A DNA stretch of 64,000 bases from Parcubacteria group bacterium Gr01-1014_3 (GTDB lineage: Bacteria; Patescibacteriota; Minisyncoccia; UBA6257; WO2-44-18): NCBI GenBank assembly GCA_007376445.1, contig VMGF01000001.1:21802-85801 (forward strand), given 5' to 3'. Below the pieces are notes generated by a model, which saw only the letters and a program-made list of their open reading frames with translations, did no database searches and had not been told where the DNA came from. Both the position numbers and the translations under genes were made by a program. Below, piece by piece: positions 8,041 to 17,408 of the stretch (positions are counted from its first letter, which is position 1; every line of letters begins with the position of its first letter).

Positions 8041-10384
8041 GACACTTCTTATATTTCTTTCCGCTGCCGCAAGAGCAGGGCTCATTCCTACCAACCTTCG
8101 GTTGGTCACCATTGACCGATGACATATGACTGATGACGGAAGATGATGGCATGGTCATTTTGTCATTGTTATTGGTCATAGTCTGCAAACGCTCCGCGTT
8201 TGCGGCCATCCATTCCTCAAAATCCGCCAGCATCTGCCGATATAAGCGGAAGCCTTCGCTACGGTATTCAACCAGCGGATCGTGCTGGCCGTAGGCGCGC
8301 AAACGAACCGATTCCGTGAGCGCTTCCATATTTTCCAAATGCGTCATCCAGAACATGTCCAGCGCGCCCAAAATTTGCGGATGGCCCCCGCTGAATAAAA
8401 GTTCGTTGCGCTTTTTATAGATTGCTTGGCGCTGTTTATTCAAAACATCGTCATAATCCAATAAATGTTTGCGGGCATCGAAGTTCGCGCCCTCAACTCT
8501 CCCCTGCGCTTGCGCCACCACGCGCGAAACTACTTTCGATTCGATCGGCATATCATCCGGCACTTTCAACATCTGCATCATGCCTTTTAAACGATCGCCT
8601 CCGAAGATCCGCATCAGGTCATCCTCAACTGACAAAAAGAATTGCGAAGAACCCGGATCACCCTGACGGGCGCAGCGGCCACGGAGCTGGTTATCAATGC
8701 GGCGGGATTCGTGGCGTTCGGTGCCGATCACGTGCAAACCGCCCAGCTCCTTCACCTTTGTGGCATCCAGAATATCGGGTGGATTGCCGCCCAAAATAAT
8801 ATCCACGCCACGGCCGGCCATGTTGGTGGCTACAGTCACACCGCCCAGCTTTCCAGCCTGCGCGATGATCGCGCCTTCGCGTTCGTTGTTTTTGGCGTTC
8901 AACATCTCGTGCGGAATACCGCCATCCCGGAGCGCGCGGGAAAGTTCTTCATTTTTCTCAATGGAAACCGTGCCGATCAAAACCGGCTGGCCCTTTTTAT
9001 TGCGTTCTTTTACATCCGCCACGATCGCCGCGTATTTTCCAGCCATATTCTTAAATATCAGATCGGACTGATCTTTACGCACATTTTCCCGATTCGGCGG
9101 AATCGAAACCACCCCAAGTTTATAAACTTTATCGAACTCTTCGGCGGAGGTCTGCGCCGTACCAGTCATGCCGCCAAGTTTTTTATACAAACGGAAATAA
9201 TTTTGAATGGAGATCTGCGCGTAGGTTTTAGATTCATTCTGCACGCTCAAGCCCTCTTTAGCTTCGATGGCCTGATGTAAACCACCAGAATACCGGCGAC
9301 CAGGAAGCAAACGACCGGTGAACTGGTCAACGAGAATTATCTCACCTCCGCCCGTTCCGGCGGATTTTACAACATAATCCTTATCCAGTTTAAAAAGCGC
9401 CTTGGCTTTCAAACTTTCCTGAAGATAATGCGTCAGTCGCAAATTTTCCGGGCCATAAAGTTCTTTGATATTTAACTGCTTCTCAACTTTATCAATGCCG
9501 GCATCGGTCATCTCCACCGCCTTCAGTTTTTCGTCTTTGGTGTAATCAACTCCATCTTCGAGGCGCTCCACCAGCCGCGCGAAAGTTTTGTAATATTCGC
9601 TGGAAGCCGTATCCGGCGCGGAAATGATCAAAGGCGTGCGGGCCTCATCAATTAAAATACTGTCCACCTCGTCGATGATCGCGTAGTTGTGATCACGTTG
9701 AACTTTTTGCTCCAAGCGATAGATTAAATTATCGCGGAGATAATCAAAACCGAACTCGTGGTTAGTTCCATATGTAATATCCGCCCAGTAGGCATCGCGC
9801 CTGGAAACCGGGCGCAAGAATTCTTGCTGGACTAAAAAGGCGCCAGTCGTGTCCCGCTCGCGATCGATCAGGGCCTGATCATCCGCCGGTACGCGATAAG
9901 TTGGGTCGTACATCAGCGCACCGTCGTGGATCAAGCAAGCCACCTTCAAACCGAGCGCGTGATAGATCTGGCCCATCCAGACAGTGTCGCGTTTGGCGAG
10001 ATATTCGTTGACCGTCACCACGTGCACGCCATTTCCGGTAAGCGCGTTCAGATATACCGGCGCGGTAGCCGAAAGAGTCTTACCTTCACCGGTACCCATC
10101 TCGGCGATCTTGCCCTGATGTAGAGCCACACCGCCCATCAACTGAACATCGAAATGCCGTTGGCCAAGATTGCGTTTGGCAACTTCACGAACTAAGGCAA
10201 AAGCTCGCGGTAAGACCCGGTCCAAATCCGGCGAAACTTTTATTTCATCCCGAAGCCGCTCACTTTCCATCTTCAAACCGGCATCGCTTAAAACCTTAAT
10301 CTCACCCTCCAGGGCGTTTATCTCAACTACGGCTTTTCGTAGAGCCGCGTCCGACTTAAAAAGTTTTGAAAGCCATTTGAACAT
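8030..10384 (-). CDS. secA: preprotein translocase ATPase SecA
   Basis: DEAD motor motifs ([26 protein letters not shown]), C-terminal zinc-binding tail [15 protein letters not shown]. Confidence 0.95.
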   Translation of the reverse strand: MFKWLSKLFKSDAALRKAVVEINALEGEIKVLSDAGLKMESERLRDEIKVSPDLDRVLPRAFALVREVAKRNLGQRHFDVQLMGGVALHQGKIAEMGTGEGKTLSATAPVYLNALTGNGVHVVTVNEYLAKRDTVWMGQIYHALGLKVACLIHDGALMYDPTYRVPADDQALIDRERDTTGAFLVQQEFLRPVSRRDAYWADITYGTNHEFGFDYLRDNLIYRLEQKVQRDHNYAIIDEVDSILIDEARTPLIISAPDTASSEYYKTFARLVERLEDGVDYTKDEKLKAVEMTDAGIDKVEKQLNIKELYGPENLRLTHYLQESLKAKALFKLDKDYVVKSAGTGGGEIILVDQFTGRLLPGRRYSGGLHQAIEAKEGLSVQNESKTYAQISIQNYFRLYKKLGGMTGTAQTSAEEFDKVYKLGVVSIPPNRENVRKDQSDLIFKNMAGKYAAIVADVKERNKKGQPVLIGTVSIEKNEELSRALRDGGIPHEMLNAKNNEREGAIIAQAGKLGGVTVATNMAGRGVDIILGGNPPDILDATKVKELGGLHVIGTERHESRRIDNQLRGRCARQGDPGSSQFFLSVEDDLMRIFGGDRLKGMMQMLKVPDDMPIESKVVSRVVAQAQGRVEGANFDARKHLLDYDDVLNKQRQAIYKKRNELLFSGGHPQILGALDMFWMTHLENMEALTESVRLRAYGQHDPLVEYRSEGFRLYRQMLADFEEWMAANAERLQTMTNNNDKMTMPSSSVISHMSSVNGDQPKVGRNEPCSCGSGKKYKKCHGK

Positions 10385-10496
10385 GCCAGATTTGTATAAA
10401 TTTTTAGCTCAATTTGTAGCGACAAAATTTATCTACAAATTTGAGCACCCCGCCGTATGGCGTGGGTCATTAGCGTAGTATAGTCTAAAATACCGA

Positions 10497-10527
10497 TTTG
10501 ACAAAGTAGGCATTTTTATGCTATAAT
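10497..10527 (+). promoter_or_regulatory. promoter TTGACA-N19-TGCTATAAT (extended -10)
   Basis: gatTTGACAaagtaggcatttttaTGcTATAATcc. Confidence 0.55.
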
Positions 10528-10569
10528 CCAGCCAGTTACTTAAACGTGTTTCTTTTAAGGAGAATCGTG

Positions 10570-10908
10570 ATGGCTGACGAGGTCGAGATCTTCGAATACT
10601 TCAAGACTCCGTTGGGACGAAATCCGAAGTTGCCGCCATTCATCGTTGAGCAGAGCGACAGCCATTACCGGGTGACGGGCACCTTCAGAAGCGGAGTTGT
10701 CTCCCCGATGGCCGTGCCGCAGATGAACTTCCGTGGATCCAAGAGGTACGCCCCCTGGAGCCAGCGGTTGTCGAAAGAAGATGCCGTTCGTTGGACGGGG
10801 TATCTGAACAAGCTCCACGCCGATGGTCACATCGACTGGAGCGGCGGCACTCCGGCGATCATCCCGGCAATCGACAGGCTTCCCAAGGAAGCAACCAAGG
10901 CCAGCTAG
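10570..10908 (+). CDS. hypothetical protein (GC-rich stand-alone gene)
   Basis: own TTGACA/TGCTATAAT promoter and hairpin terminator; start chosen at MADEVEIF. Confidence 0.55.
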   Translation: MADEVEIFEYFKTPLGRNPKLPPFIVEQSDSHYRVTGTFRSGVVSPMAVPQMNFRGSKRYAPWSQRLSKEDAVRWTGYLNKLHADGHIDWSGGTPAIIPAIDRLPKEATKAS

Positions 10909-10922
10909 CAGTAGGCGGCAGT

Positions 10923-10964
10923 GATCCCCCTGAATCCAATGCGGTTCAGGGGGATTTTTTATTT
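10923..10964 (+). terminator. rho-independent terminator
   Basis: gatccccctgaatccaatgcggttcagggggat + tttttatttt. Confidence 0.7.
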
Positions 10965-10991
10965 TGACAAATTAAATTTATTTGGTATAAT
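10964..10991 (+). promoter_or_regulatory. promoter TTGACA-N16-TGGTATAAT
   Basis: terminator T-run runs into ttTTGACAaattaaatttattTGgTATAAT. Confidence 0.6.
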
Positions 10992-11069
10992 TATCCGGAT
11001 CTTTGAAAATGGTTCGGCCCGTTCGACGGACTCAGGGCAGGCAAGCTCACCACGAGCAACGGAGGAGAT

Positions 11070-11507
11070 ATGAGCAACGGAGCATTTATTTTTACACTAT
11101 TGATGATCCCGGGCTTATTCTTTCTGCCTATGATTTGGGATGTTTTAGTGTGGCTTTGTAAATGGATACGCCAACGAGAATTGCGCCGAGATCGAGAAAT
11201 ACAAGCGCAGATGGACGATGTGTATAGTAGAATTGTTGCCATACAAACTCCAAAAGACATTTGGTGCAATCCCCAACCGCCAGAACCTGAAATCCCGATG
11301 GAATTTTCTATCGCCGAAGCGGGCTTCAAGTGTCCGATCTGCAACCAAGAGGTTAGCAAAGATGCTGAGGTAGTCAGGTGTTCAAAGTGCCAAACACCGG
11401 CACATAAAGATTGCTTCGAGTTCAATGGTAAATGCGGAGTATTCGCGTGTAGCTGCGTGTCTTACACAAATACGATCTGCCGTATTTGCAAAGCGGTTTT
11501 GAGGTGA
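11070..11507 (+). CDS. membrane-anchored Cys-rich (zinc-finger-like) protein, hypothetical
   Basis: N-terminal TM, C-terminal CPICNQ...CSKCQTPAHKDC...CGVFACSC; own promoter and terminator. Confidence 0.55.
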   Translation: MSNGAFIFTLLMIPGLFFLPMIWDVLVWLCKWIRQRELRRDREIQAQMDDVYSRIVAIQTPKDIWCNPQPPEPEIPMEFSIAEAGFKCPICNQEVSKDAEVVRCSKCQTPAHKDCFEFNGKCGVFACSCVSYTNTICRICKAVLR

Positions 11508-11550
11508 GAGAACGGAAGAGTGTATTGTGAAGATAAGAATTGTGGAAATT

Positions 11551-11586
11551 AAAATCCCCATCGAGATGATGGGGATTTTTTTATTC
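11551..11586. terminator. hairpin terminator (shared by plus gene and hpf)
   Basis: aaatccccatcgagatgatggggattttttt. Confidence 0.65.
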
Positions 11587-11946
11587 TTTGCCTCTTAGTT
11601 TTCGCAGCTCTTTCTGCCCGCCGCTATCCTGCGGCCGCACTCGCCCCATATACTTTTTAATCTCCAGATCCATAGTCGCTTTAACTTCATCAATTCCAAC
11701 GCGCACATCCGAAACCTCCGTCTCGCCTCGCAATAATTTTCCTGGCATCTGTAAATTGCACTCAACATGATACACATCCCCTTTCTGGTGATGCTTGGTA
11801 GTCCTGGCAACTTCTACCCGGGCCTCGGCTACGCCTTTTTCAACTAACTTCGAAATATATTTTTCTAAGGCGCCTATCTTATCCTCAATATACTGATCGA
11901 GCGCCGGAGTGCTAGTGAAGTTGGTGTATTTGGTAATTATTTTCAT
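11581..11946 (-). CDS. hpf: ribosome hibernation promoting factor (RaiA/YfiA family)
   Basis: MKIITKYTNFTSTPALDQYIEDKIGALEKY...VYHVECNLQMPGKLL typical sigma-54 modulation/HPF fold. Confidence 0.8.
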   Translation of the reverse strand: MKIITKYTNFTSTPALDQYIEDKIGALEKYISKLVEKGVAEARVEVARTTKHHQKGDVYHVECNLQMPGKLLRGETEVSDVRVGIDEVKATMDLEIKKYMGRVRPQDSGGQKELRKLRGKE

Positions 11947-11993
11947 AGGGTTTTCTCTTTTATAACTTCCGATTTTGAATGTTGGTTTTATTA

Positions 11994-12036
11994 TTCGCAA
12001 TATTAAATCTCTGATTTGTATATTCGCGATTACTCC
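11994..12036 (-). promoter_or_regulatory. conserved 43-nt upstream motif, copy B (before hpf)
   Basis: TTCGCAATATTAAatctctgATTTGTATATTCGCGATTACTCC. Confidence 0.6.
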
Positions 12037-13007
12037 ACATATATCACTTCCTCCTCTAACTTTATGCCGTATTTCTTATCCACGCCAGACTTCACCAGTT
12101 TAATTAACTGCTTCACATCCTCCGCTTTGGCGCCGAGCGCGTTGACGATAAAGTTTGGATGCTTTGGCGAAATCATCGCGCCGCCGAAGCTGACTCCTTT
12201 CAATCCAGCCTGCGAAATAAGGTACGCCGTCGGCACGACCGGGAATGGGTCTTTTTTGATAACTTCCTTGAACTCTGAGTGGAGTTTTTTCGGGACCAGT
12301 CGCAAATCCACATTCTTAAAAATACTGCCGATATTCGGATACTCCAGCGGCTGGCGCGCTTTCCGGTAGGCGATCTTTTCCTCGATCGCCGCGCGGATGG
12401 CTTTCTTGTCGCCTTTTTTCATTTTGAAAACTGCTTCGATAATAATCTCCTTTGGCCCTAAGCCGACTTGCCCTGAGCTTGCCGAAGGGTCGTCGATCTT
12501 GAAAATGCTATTTCGATAACCAAATTTACATTCTGCATTATTGCGCTTCACTATCTTCGGGATCTTGGCAGAAATATCTAGGCTGACAACTTCATTTATA
12601 TTGTCTTTCGTTTCACCACCAAAAGCTCCGGCGTTACCGCGGATTGCGCCACCAACCGTCCCAGGCAGACCGCCAGCCCATTCGAATCCTGAAAGTGATT
12701 TAGTAATTGAGTAATTGAGTAATTCAGAAATCTGCACACCGGCTCCAACCCGGATCAGATTACCTTCCGCTTTTAATAAACCGATCTCCGGCTTTAAAAC
12801 CAGCCCGCCAAAACCCGCGTCGCTGATCAGAAGGTTGGTACCGCCGCCCAGCGTGAAGATCGGGAGTTTTTCCGCGCGCGCTTTTTCCACGGCGCAAACT
12901 ATGTCCTCAACAGTTTTCGCGGCAAAAAAATAGCGGGCAGCGCCGCCAATTTTGTAGTTGCTGTATTTGGCTAATTCGATTTTATTCTCAAACATGCATT
13001 TATTCAT
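12030..13007 (-). CDS. murB: UDP-N-acetylenolpyruvoylglucosamine reductase
   Basis: FAD-binding N-terminus KIGGAARYF...LGGGTNLL, C-terminal MurB domain; contains in-frame GC 20-mer encoding PSASSGQ. Confidence 0.85.
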   Translation of the reverse strand: MNKCMFENKIELAKYSNYKIGGAARYFFAAKTVEDIVCAVEKARAEKLPIFTLGGGTNLLISDAGFGGLVLKPEIGLLKAEGNLIRVGAGVQISELLNYSITKSLSGFEWAGGLPGTVGGAIRGNAGAFGGETKDNINEVVSLDISAKIPKIVKRNNAECKFGYRNSIFKIDDPSASSGQVGLGPKEIIIEAVFKMKKGDKKAIRAAIEEKIAYRKARQPLEYPNIGSIFKNVDLRLVPKKLHSEFKEVIKKDPFPVVPTAYLISQAGLKGVSFGGAMISPKHPNFIVNALGAKAEDVKQLIKLVKSGVDKKYGIKLEEEVIYVE

Positions 13008-13068
13008 CTATCACTCCTTTAATTTAAATCATCTTGGCTAATTTTCCAAATATTATATACTGAACTAA

Positions 13069-13165
13069 AGTCGGCCTTTTGAAGGGCTGTATGGACGCGC
13101 ACTCAATTAACACAAATTGTATTGGAGGTCACCACATACAGCCCTTTAAGGGGCTGACTTTTTTT
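13069..13165 (+). ncRNA. large hairpin element (25-bp arms, 40-nt loop) followed by T7 run; candidate small RNA or terminator-like structure
   Basis: AGTCGGCCTTTTGAAGGGCTGTATG ... CATACAGCCCTTTAAGGGGCTGACT tttttttaat; both flanking genes are on the minus strand. Confidence 0.35.
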
Positions 13166-13211
13166 AATAAAAAGGACCAGGTAATCCTGGCCGGTTTGAA
13201 TCATCTTAAGC

Positions 13212-13475
13212 TTACTTCACGCGAATGGTAGTTTTTTGTTTTTCGCCACAGACGATGCACGCGAGAAAGCTGATTACTCCTTTAACATAACCGAAACCGT
13301 GCATCACCTTTTCGCAATGCAGATGAGAATCGACTCTGCCATAGTAGTACAATTGATTGTCTGGGATTCCCTCTTTTGGATTCAAGATTTTTTCCAAAAT
13401 CTCAGAAGGAATTTCCTTCAAGTCCTTACCGCCACCGCAGTCACACTTTTCCTCGTCGCCTTCCTGATCAGCCAT
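13212..13475 (-). CDS. Cys-rich small protein, hypothetical
   Basis: GGAGG SD; preceded by conserved 60-nt double-hairpin leader and TTGACA-N17-TAATCT promoter. Confidence 0.55.
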   Translation of the reverse strand: MADQEGDEEKCDCGGGKDLKEIPSEILEKILNPKEGIPDNQLYYYGRVDSHLHCEKVMHGFGYVKGVISFLACIVCGEKQKTTIRVK

Positions 13476-13493
13476 CTATGTCCTCCTTCAAAG

Positions 13494-13552
13494 CCAGCGC
13501 ACATACTTTATGTACGCGGTCGAGCATATAAAAGGAATTTCTTATGTGCTCG
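13494..13552 (-). ncRNA. conserved 60-nt double-hairpin leader element, copy 1
   Basis: near-identical to 41551-41611; hairpins CGAGCACATAAGAA-TTCCTTTTATATGCTCG and GCGCACATAA-N-TTATGTGCGC when read on minus strand. Confidence 0.45.
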
Positions 13553-13563
13553 ATTCCGCCGAT

Positions 13564-13592
13564 AGATTAGCAATTTAGGATGGATTTGTCAA
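13564..13592 (-). promoter_or_regulatory. promoter TTGACA-N17-TAATCT (minus strand)
   Basis: rc: TTGACAaatccatcctaaattgcTAATCT; identical copy at 14003-14031. Confidence 0.6.
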
Positions 13593-13593
13593 A

Positions 13594-13620
13594 TAAAAAA
13601 ACCGCTATCCAGTAGCGGCT
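13594..13620 (-). terminator. rho-independent terminator
   Basis: rc aagccgctactggatagcgg + ttttttt. Confidence 0.6.
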
Positions 13621-13976
13621 TCGTAGAATTTCACGGTCATTTTGTATATTTTATTTTTAGATGCTTCCATCGTGTAACCAACTACGTAGTCAAAAAAATT
13701 CCTACGGTTAACACTTTGATCTAGCCCCCGCCAGCCCAGATAAATACAGTGAGCAAAATCTTGACCGCTAACCGTGATCAGAAGCTTGTTCTTCTCGACC
13801 TCTTTCTTAGTTAATTCGTAGATCTTTGTTTCGAGAATGTCCCGATCTTTTCCAGAGAACTTTTCGGTAACCTTAGATCCGAGCGGATGACTACCCTTCA
13901 CAATCAGCGTGATGCCTCTTAAAATTCGGTAATTTCTGCCATCCTGATCAGTCTGAATCGGAAAACTTTCGCTCAT
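13605..13976 (-). CDS. hypothetical protein
   Basis: GGAGG SD before MSESFPIQ; own promoter (14003-14031) and terminator (13594-13620). Confidence 0.55.
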   Translation of the reverse strand: MSESFPIQTDQDGRNYRILRGITLIVKGSHPLGSKVTEKFSGKDRDILETKIYELTKKEVEKNKLLITVSGQDFAHCIYLGWRGLDQSVNRRNFFDYVVGYTMEASKNKIYKMTVKFYEAATG

Positions 13977-14002
13977 CCAGCCTCCTTCAAAGTACCGCCG
14001 AT

Positions 14003-14031
14003 AGATTAGCAATTTAGGATGGATTTGTCAA
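14003..14031 (-). promoter_or_regulatory. promoter TTGACA-N17-TAATCT (minus strand), exact duplicate
   Basis: 46-nt identity with 13553-13600. Confidence 0.6.
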
Positions 14032-14032
14032 A

Positions 14033-14057
14033 TAAAAAACCGCCGTTATAACGGCGG
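14033..14057 (-). terminator. rho-independent terminator
   Basis: rc ccgccgttataacggcgg + tttttt. Confidence 0.6.
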
Positions 14058-14281
14058 TGCCTGGTTCGGATTTTTCACGAAATCAACGGAGGTTAGGCCT
14101 GTAGAAAGCTCTTTTTTAACATCGTAGTCAGTGCCTTCCCAGGCAACGAATACATCGCAAGCCGAGCCGATCGCCGTATCCCAGCACTTCGCTAGTAATG
14201 GAATCCGAGGATCATCAGGACCAATACCTCCCTGCTTTAAAAATTCCGCAAAGGTAACCGTGTCAGAATCGATCACGCCAA
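14046..14281 (-). CDS. hypothetical small protein (GTG start)
   Basis: GGAGG then GTG start (VIDSDTV); hairpin terminator 14033-14057. Confidence 0.45.
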
Positions 14282-14577
14282 ACCTCCATTCAAAAGACCG
14301 CCAGTAGACTATCAAGATTTCAACTTTTTGTCAATCTAGACCCCTCCCTTATCGCTCCAGCCAGAGGCGGACAAGTTCGCGCAAAAAGGAGGGGTGCTCG
14401 ATTTTGTAGATGTTCGGCCACCGCCATGGCGGGGCAGGCAAGCTCACATACAAAATCGGCAAACAAAAGACTCCCCGAAGGGAGTCTTTTGCCACAAATT
14501 GCTAGGGCATTTCTTAGATCGGCTTGCGCTGAACTAAGAACTACTCATCACTCAATCTACCTACAAGTATACACGAA

Positions 14578-14606
14578 TTGACTTAAAAAGTCAACGGCGC
14601 TACAAT
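14578..14606 (+). promoter_or_regulatory. promoter TTGACT-N17-TACAAT for rny, -35 embedded in perfect palindrome TTGACTTAAAAAGTCAA
   Basis: sequence 14578-14606. Confidence 0.5.
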
Positions 14607-14653
14607 GTGGGTAATGTCGCAAACATTATTAACTAAATTTTCGAAATTAACAT

Positions 14654-16147
14654 ATGACACCAATTTTTCTCCTCGGTGGAGGGGCGGTTTTGTTTTTAGG
14701 TATCGCGCTTGGGTACTTCGTTCGTCAGGTTCTATCAACTAAGCAGTCGAACTCGCTTGAGCAGAGGGCAAAGCAGATCATTCTTGATGCCCAGGATAAG
14801 GCAGTCAGCTTATTAAACGACGCCAAGAAGGAAGAGCGTGAAAGAAAACTCCAGGTTGATAAGACCGAGGAGCGTTTGTTTAAAAAGGAAGAAAACCTCG
14901 ACCGCCAATCAAAAGCGGTCATTGACCAGGAAAATAAATTCCGGGGCGAAGTCAGCAAGCTTGAAGAGTCTAAAAAAACCGTCGCCGAACTTCATCAAAA
15001 AGCCGTTTTGGATCTGGAAAAAGTGGCCGGTCTAACCGCCGAGGAAGCCAAGGCGAAGCTGATGAAAGCCGTGCAAGAAGATCACCGCGCCAGTCTTATT
15101 AAGACCATTCAGGCGATGGAACATGAGAAAAAAGAAGAAATCGAGAAGAAGAGTTTGGAGATCATTACTGGCGCGATCCAGCGTTATGCCCGTTCTCATG
15201 TAGCCGACCTGACCACTACCGTATTCACCCTGCCAAACGAGGAGATCAAGGGTAAGATCATCGGCCGCGAGGGCCGGAATATCCGCACCCTAGAGCGTTT
15301 AACCGGCGCGGAATTGATCCTCGATGAATCCCCGGAAAGCTTGGTAATCTCTTCCTTTGATCCCCTTCGCCGCGAAGTGGCCCGTCTGACCCTGGAAAAG
15401 CTCATTAAAGACGGCCGCATCCAACCAGCCAAGATCGAGGAAAAAGTGGAGGAAGCAAAAAACGAAATGAACCGCCGCATGACCGAAGTTGGCGAACAGG
15501 CTTGCATGGAAGTCGGCGTAATCGGTTTACCAAAAGAATTAGTTCAGCTCTTGGGCCGGCTCTTTTTCCGAACCAGCTACGGCCAGAATGTTTTGATCCA
15601 TTCAATTGAAATGGCGCATATTGCCGGTATTATCGCTGCCGAACTTGGCGCTAACGTGGAAACCGCCAAAGCCGGAGCGCTCTTGCATGACATCGGAAAA
15701 GCCATCAGTCATGAGGTTGAAGGCACGCACGTGAACCTCGGCCGGAAGATCTTGCAGAAATATAATATCGACGAAAAAATTGTCCTGGCTATGGAAGCTC
15801 ATCATGAAGAATATCCGTTCGCCACTCCGGAATCGTTTATCGTGGCGGCTTGCGATGTTATCTCCGCCGCCCGTCCAGGCGCCCGCCGCGACACCGCGGA
15901 AAACTACCTGAAGCGTCTCGAAGACCTGGAAAAGATCGCTTCCAGCTATGAAGGCGTCAAAACCGTTTATGCTCTTTCCGCCGGCCGCGAGATCCGTGTC
16001 TTCGTGGTACCGGAAAAGATCGACGACTTCGGCGCTTTGCAGATGGCTAAAGACATCGCCGGCAAGATCTCTTCCCAGATGAAATATCCTGGCGAGATCA
16101 AGGTGAATGTCATCCGCGAGACCCGGGCTGTTGAGTACGCCAAATAG
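14654..16147 (+). CDS. rny: ribonuclease Y
   Basis: N-terminal TM, coiled coil, KH domain, HD domain (LLHDIGKA...HH). Confidence 0.9.
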   Translation: MTPIFLLGGGAVLFLGIALGYFVRQVLSTKQSNSLEQRAKQIILDAQDKAVSLLNDAKKEERERKLQVDKTEERLFKKEENLDRQSKAVIDQENKFRGEVSKLEESKKTVAELHQKAVLDLEKVAGLTAEEAKAKLMKAVQEDHRASLIKTIQAMEHEKKEEIEKKSLEIITGAIQRYARSHVADLTTTVFTLPNEEIKGKIIGREGRNIRTLERLTGAELILDESPESLVISSFDPLRREVARLTLEKLIKDGRIQPAKIEEKVEEAKNEMNRRMTEVGEQACMEVGVIGLPKELVQLLGRLFFRTSYGQNVLIHSIEMAHIAGIIAAELGANVETAKAGALLHDIGKAISHEVEGTHVNLGRKILQKYNIDEKIVLAMEAHHEEYPFATPESFIVAACDVISAARPGARRDTAENYLKRLEDLEKIASSYEGVKTVYALSAGREIRVFVVPEKIDDFGALQMAKDIAGKISSQMKYPGEIKVNVIRETRAVEYAK

Positions 16148-16281
16148 TTTGGTATAATGATTTCACATTAAATAAAAAGGTCGCAACAAACAAAACACAA
16201 ATCCACAAATGCGCACTAATGCCACAAATATTCGTGTCATTCGTATAAAATTCGTGGATTGGTGTTATATAACGTAAACGC

Positions 16282-16557
16282 ATGAAGAAAGAAGGATTAG
16301 TCGAAGGAGTAATGAAGGTAGCTAAAATGGAAACGAAGAAGTCTGCTCAGATGGCGGTGGATGCCGTGTTTGAAACCATCACCAAGGCCTTGAGCCGTGG
16401 CGAAGAGGTTGGCGTAACCGGCTTTGGCACCTTTCGGGTGGTAAAGACCAAAGCGCGCATGGGTATCAATCCGAAGACCGGAGAGAAACTTCAAATCAAA
16501 GCTGGCATTAAGCCGAAGTTCAAGGCTGGCGCTACTTTGAAGGATGCTGTAAAATAA
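16282..16557 (+). CDS. hup: DNA-binding protein HU
   Basis: GFGTFRVVKTKARMGINPKTGEKLQIKAGIKPKFKAG arm motif. Confidence 0.85.
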   Translation: MKKEGLVEGVMKVAKMETKKSAQMAVDAVFETITKALSRGEEVGVTGFGTFRVVKTKARMGINPKTGEKLQIKAGIKPKFKAGATLKDAVK

Positions 16558-16582
16558 ATAGGCAGGTTAAGTAAACTGGCAA

Positions 16583-16620
16583 AAACAAAAACACCCCGCA
16601 TGGGGTGTTTTTGTTTTATT
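16583..16620. terminator. bidirectional terminator after hup
   Basis: aaaaacaccccgcatggggtgtttttgtttt. Confidence 0.7.
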
Positions 16621-17407
16621 TATTAATAGCCGCTCTTACTACCCCGCTGATCTCTAAAAAGTTCTTATAAGCCGATTTAACTTTGATTAGTGACGATGAA
16701 ACTATGGTTCGGATGGTCGGAGACTGGATAACCTGGGCCGGTTCCGGATCAGCTTGGGCCAGCAGAACCTCTTCGGCTAAAAGCTGTAGCCGGTCGGCGG
16801 ACTTCAACAGCTCGGCGGCATCGTTGAGCAGCGCGCGCACGCGGGCAATATTAAACTCCTTAACTTCCTGTAAATACTGCACATCGTCTTCAATTAGTCT
16901 GAGGCGATTGTTAGCGGTGTTTAAAATACTCCGGCCCTGGAATACGAGCAGAAATTCCACGATCTTTTCCATCTCCGGAGTAACTATAGAATCCCGCCAG
17001 TCCTTCAATTCGGCGGCCAACGCCTTGATAGAATCCACATCCTCCAACTCACCAAGCTTGCTTAAGACAGCGTTATAATGCTGAACAAAGCTCCGGAGTG
17101 AAGCTGCGTGGGCATCCCTCAACTCTTCGTATCCAGGCGCTAAACCACGCAGTAAGGTCAAGCGGCCGATAAATTCGTTAGTCCGAATAATAGAACTATC
17201 GATGATCTTTTGCAGAGCCTGCTTGTGCGCCAGCGGATCCTCGGCCTCCTTAGCCTTATTCACGCTATCAGTCGCATTTTGAATAGCCGACTTTAGGGCG
17301 TCGGTTTGGGCTTTAACCACGCCAGCCGGCAATAAAAAAAGGGTCGCAATTAACAGCGCCACCACCCAGAAAGTGCCGTTAGATTTTTGAGAAATAATTT
17401 GAGTCAT
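16616..17407 (-). CDS. secreted/membrane-anchored coiled-coil protein, hypothetical
   Basis: N-terminal hydrophobic segment then helical repeats; downstream of sigma/anti-sigma pair. Confidence 0.55.
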   Translation of the reverse strand: MTQIISQKSNGTFWVVALLIATLFLLPAGVVKAQTDALKSAIQNATDSVNKAKEAEDPLAHKQALQKIIDSSIIRTNEFIGRLTLLRGLAPGYEELRDAHAASLRSFVQHYNAVLSKLGELEDVDSIKALAAELKDWRDSIVTPEMEKIVEFLLVFQGRSILNTANNRLRLIEDDVQYLQEVKEFNIARVRALLNDAAELLKSADRLQLLAEEVLLAQADPEPAQVIQSPTIRTIVSSSLIKVKSAYKNFLEISGVVRAAINK

Positions 17408-17408
17408 T

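Noticed and set aside
8422-9280. Plus-strand ORFs (125-212 aa) antisense to secA
   Set aside because: They lie fully inside the well-supported secA CDS, have no SD or promoter and have low-complexity Arg/Ala-rich composition typical of antisense frames.
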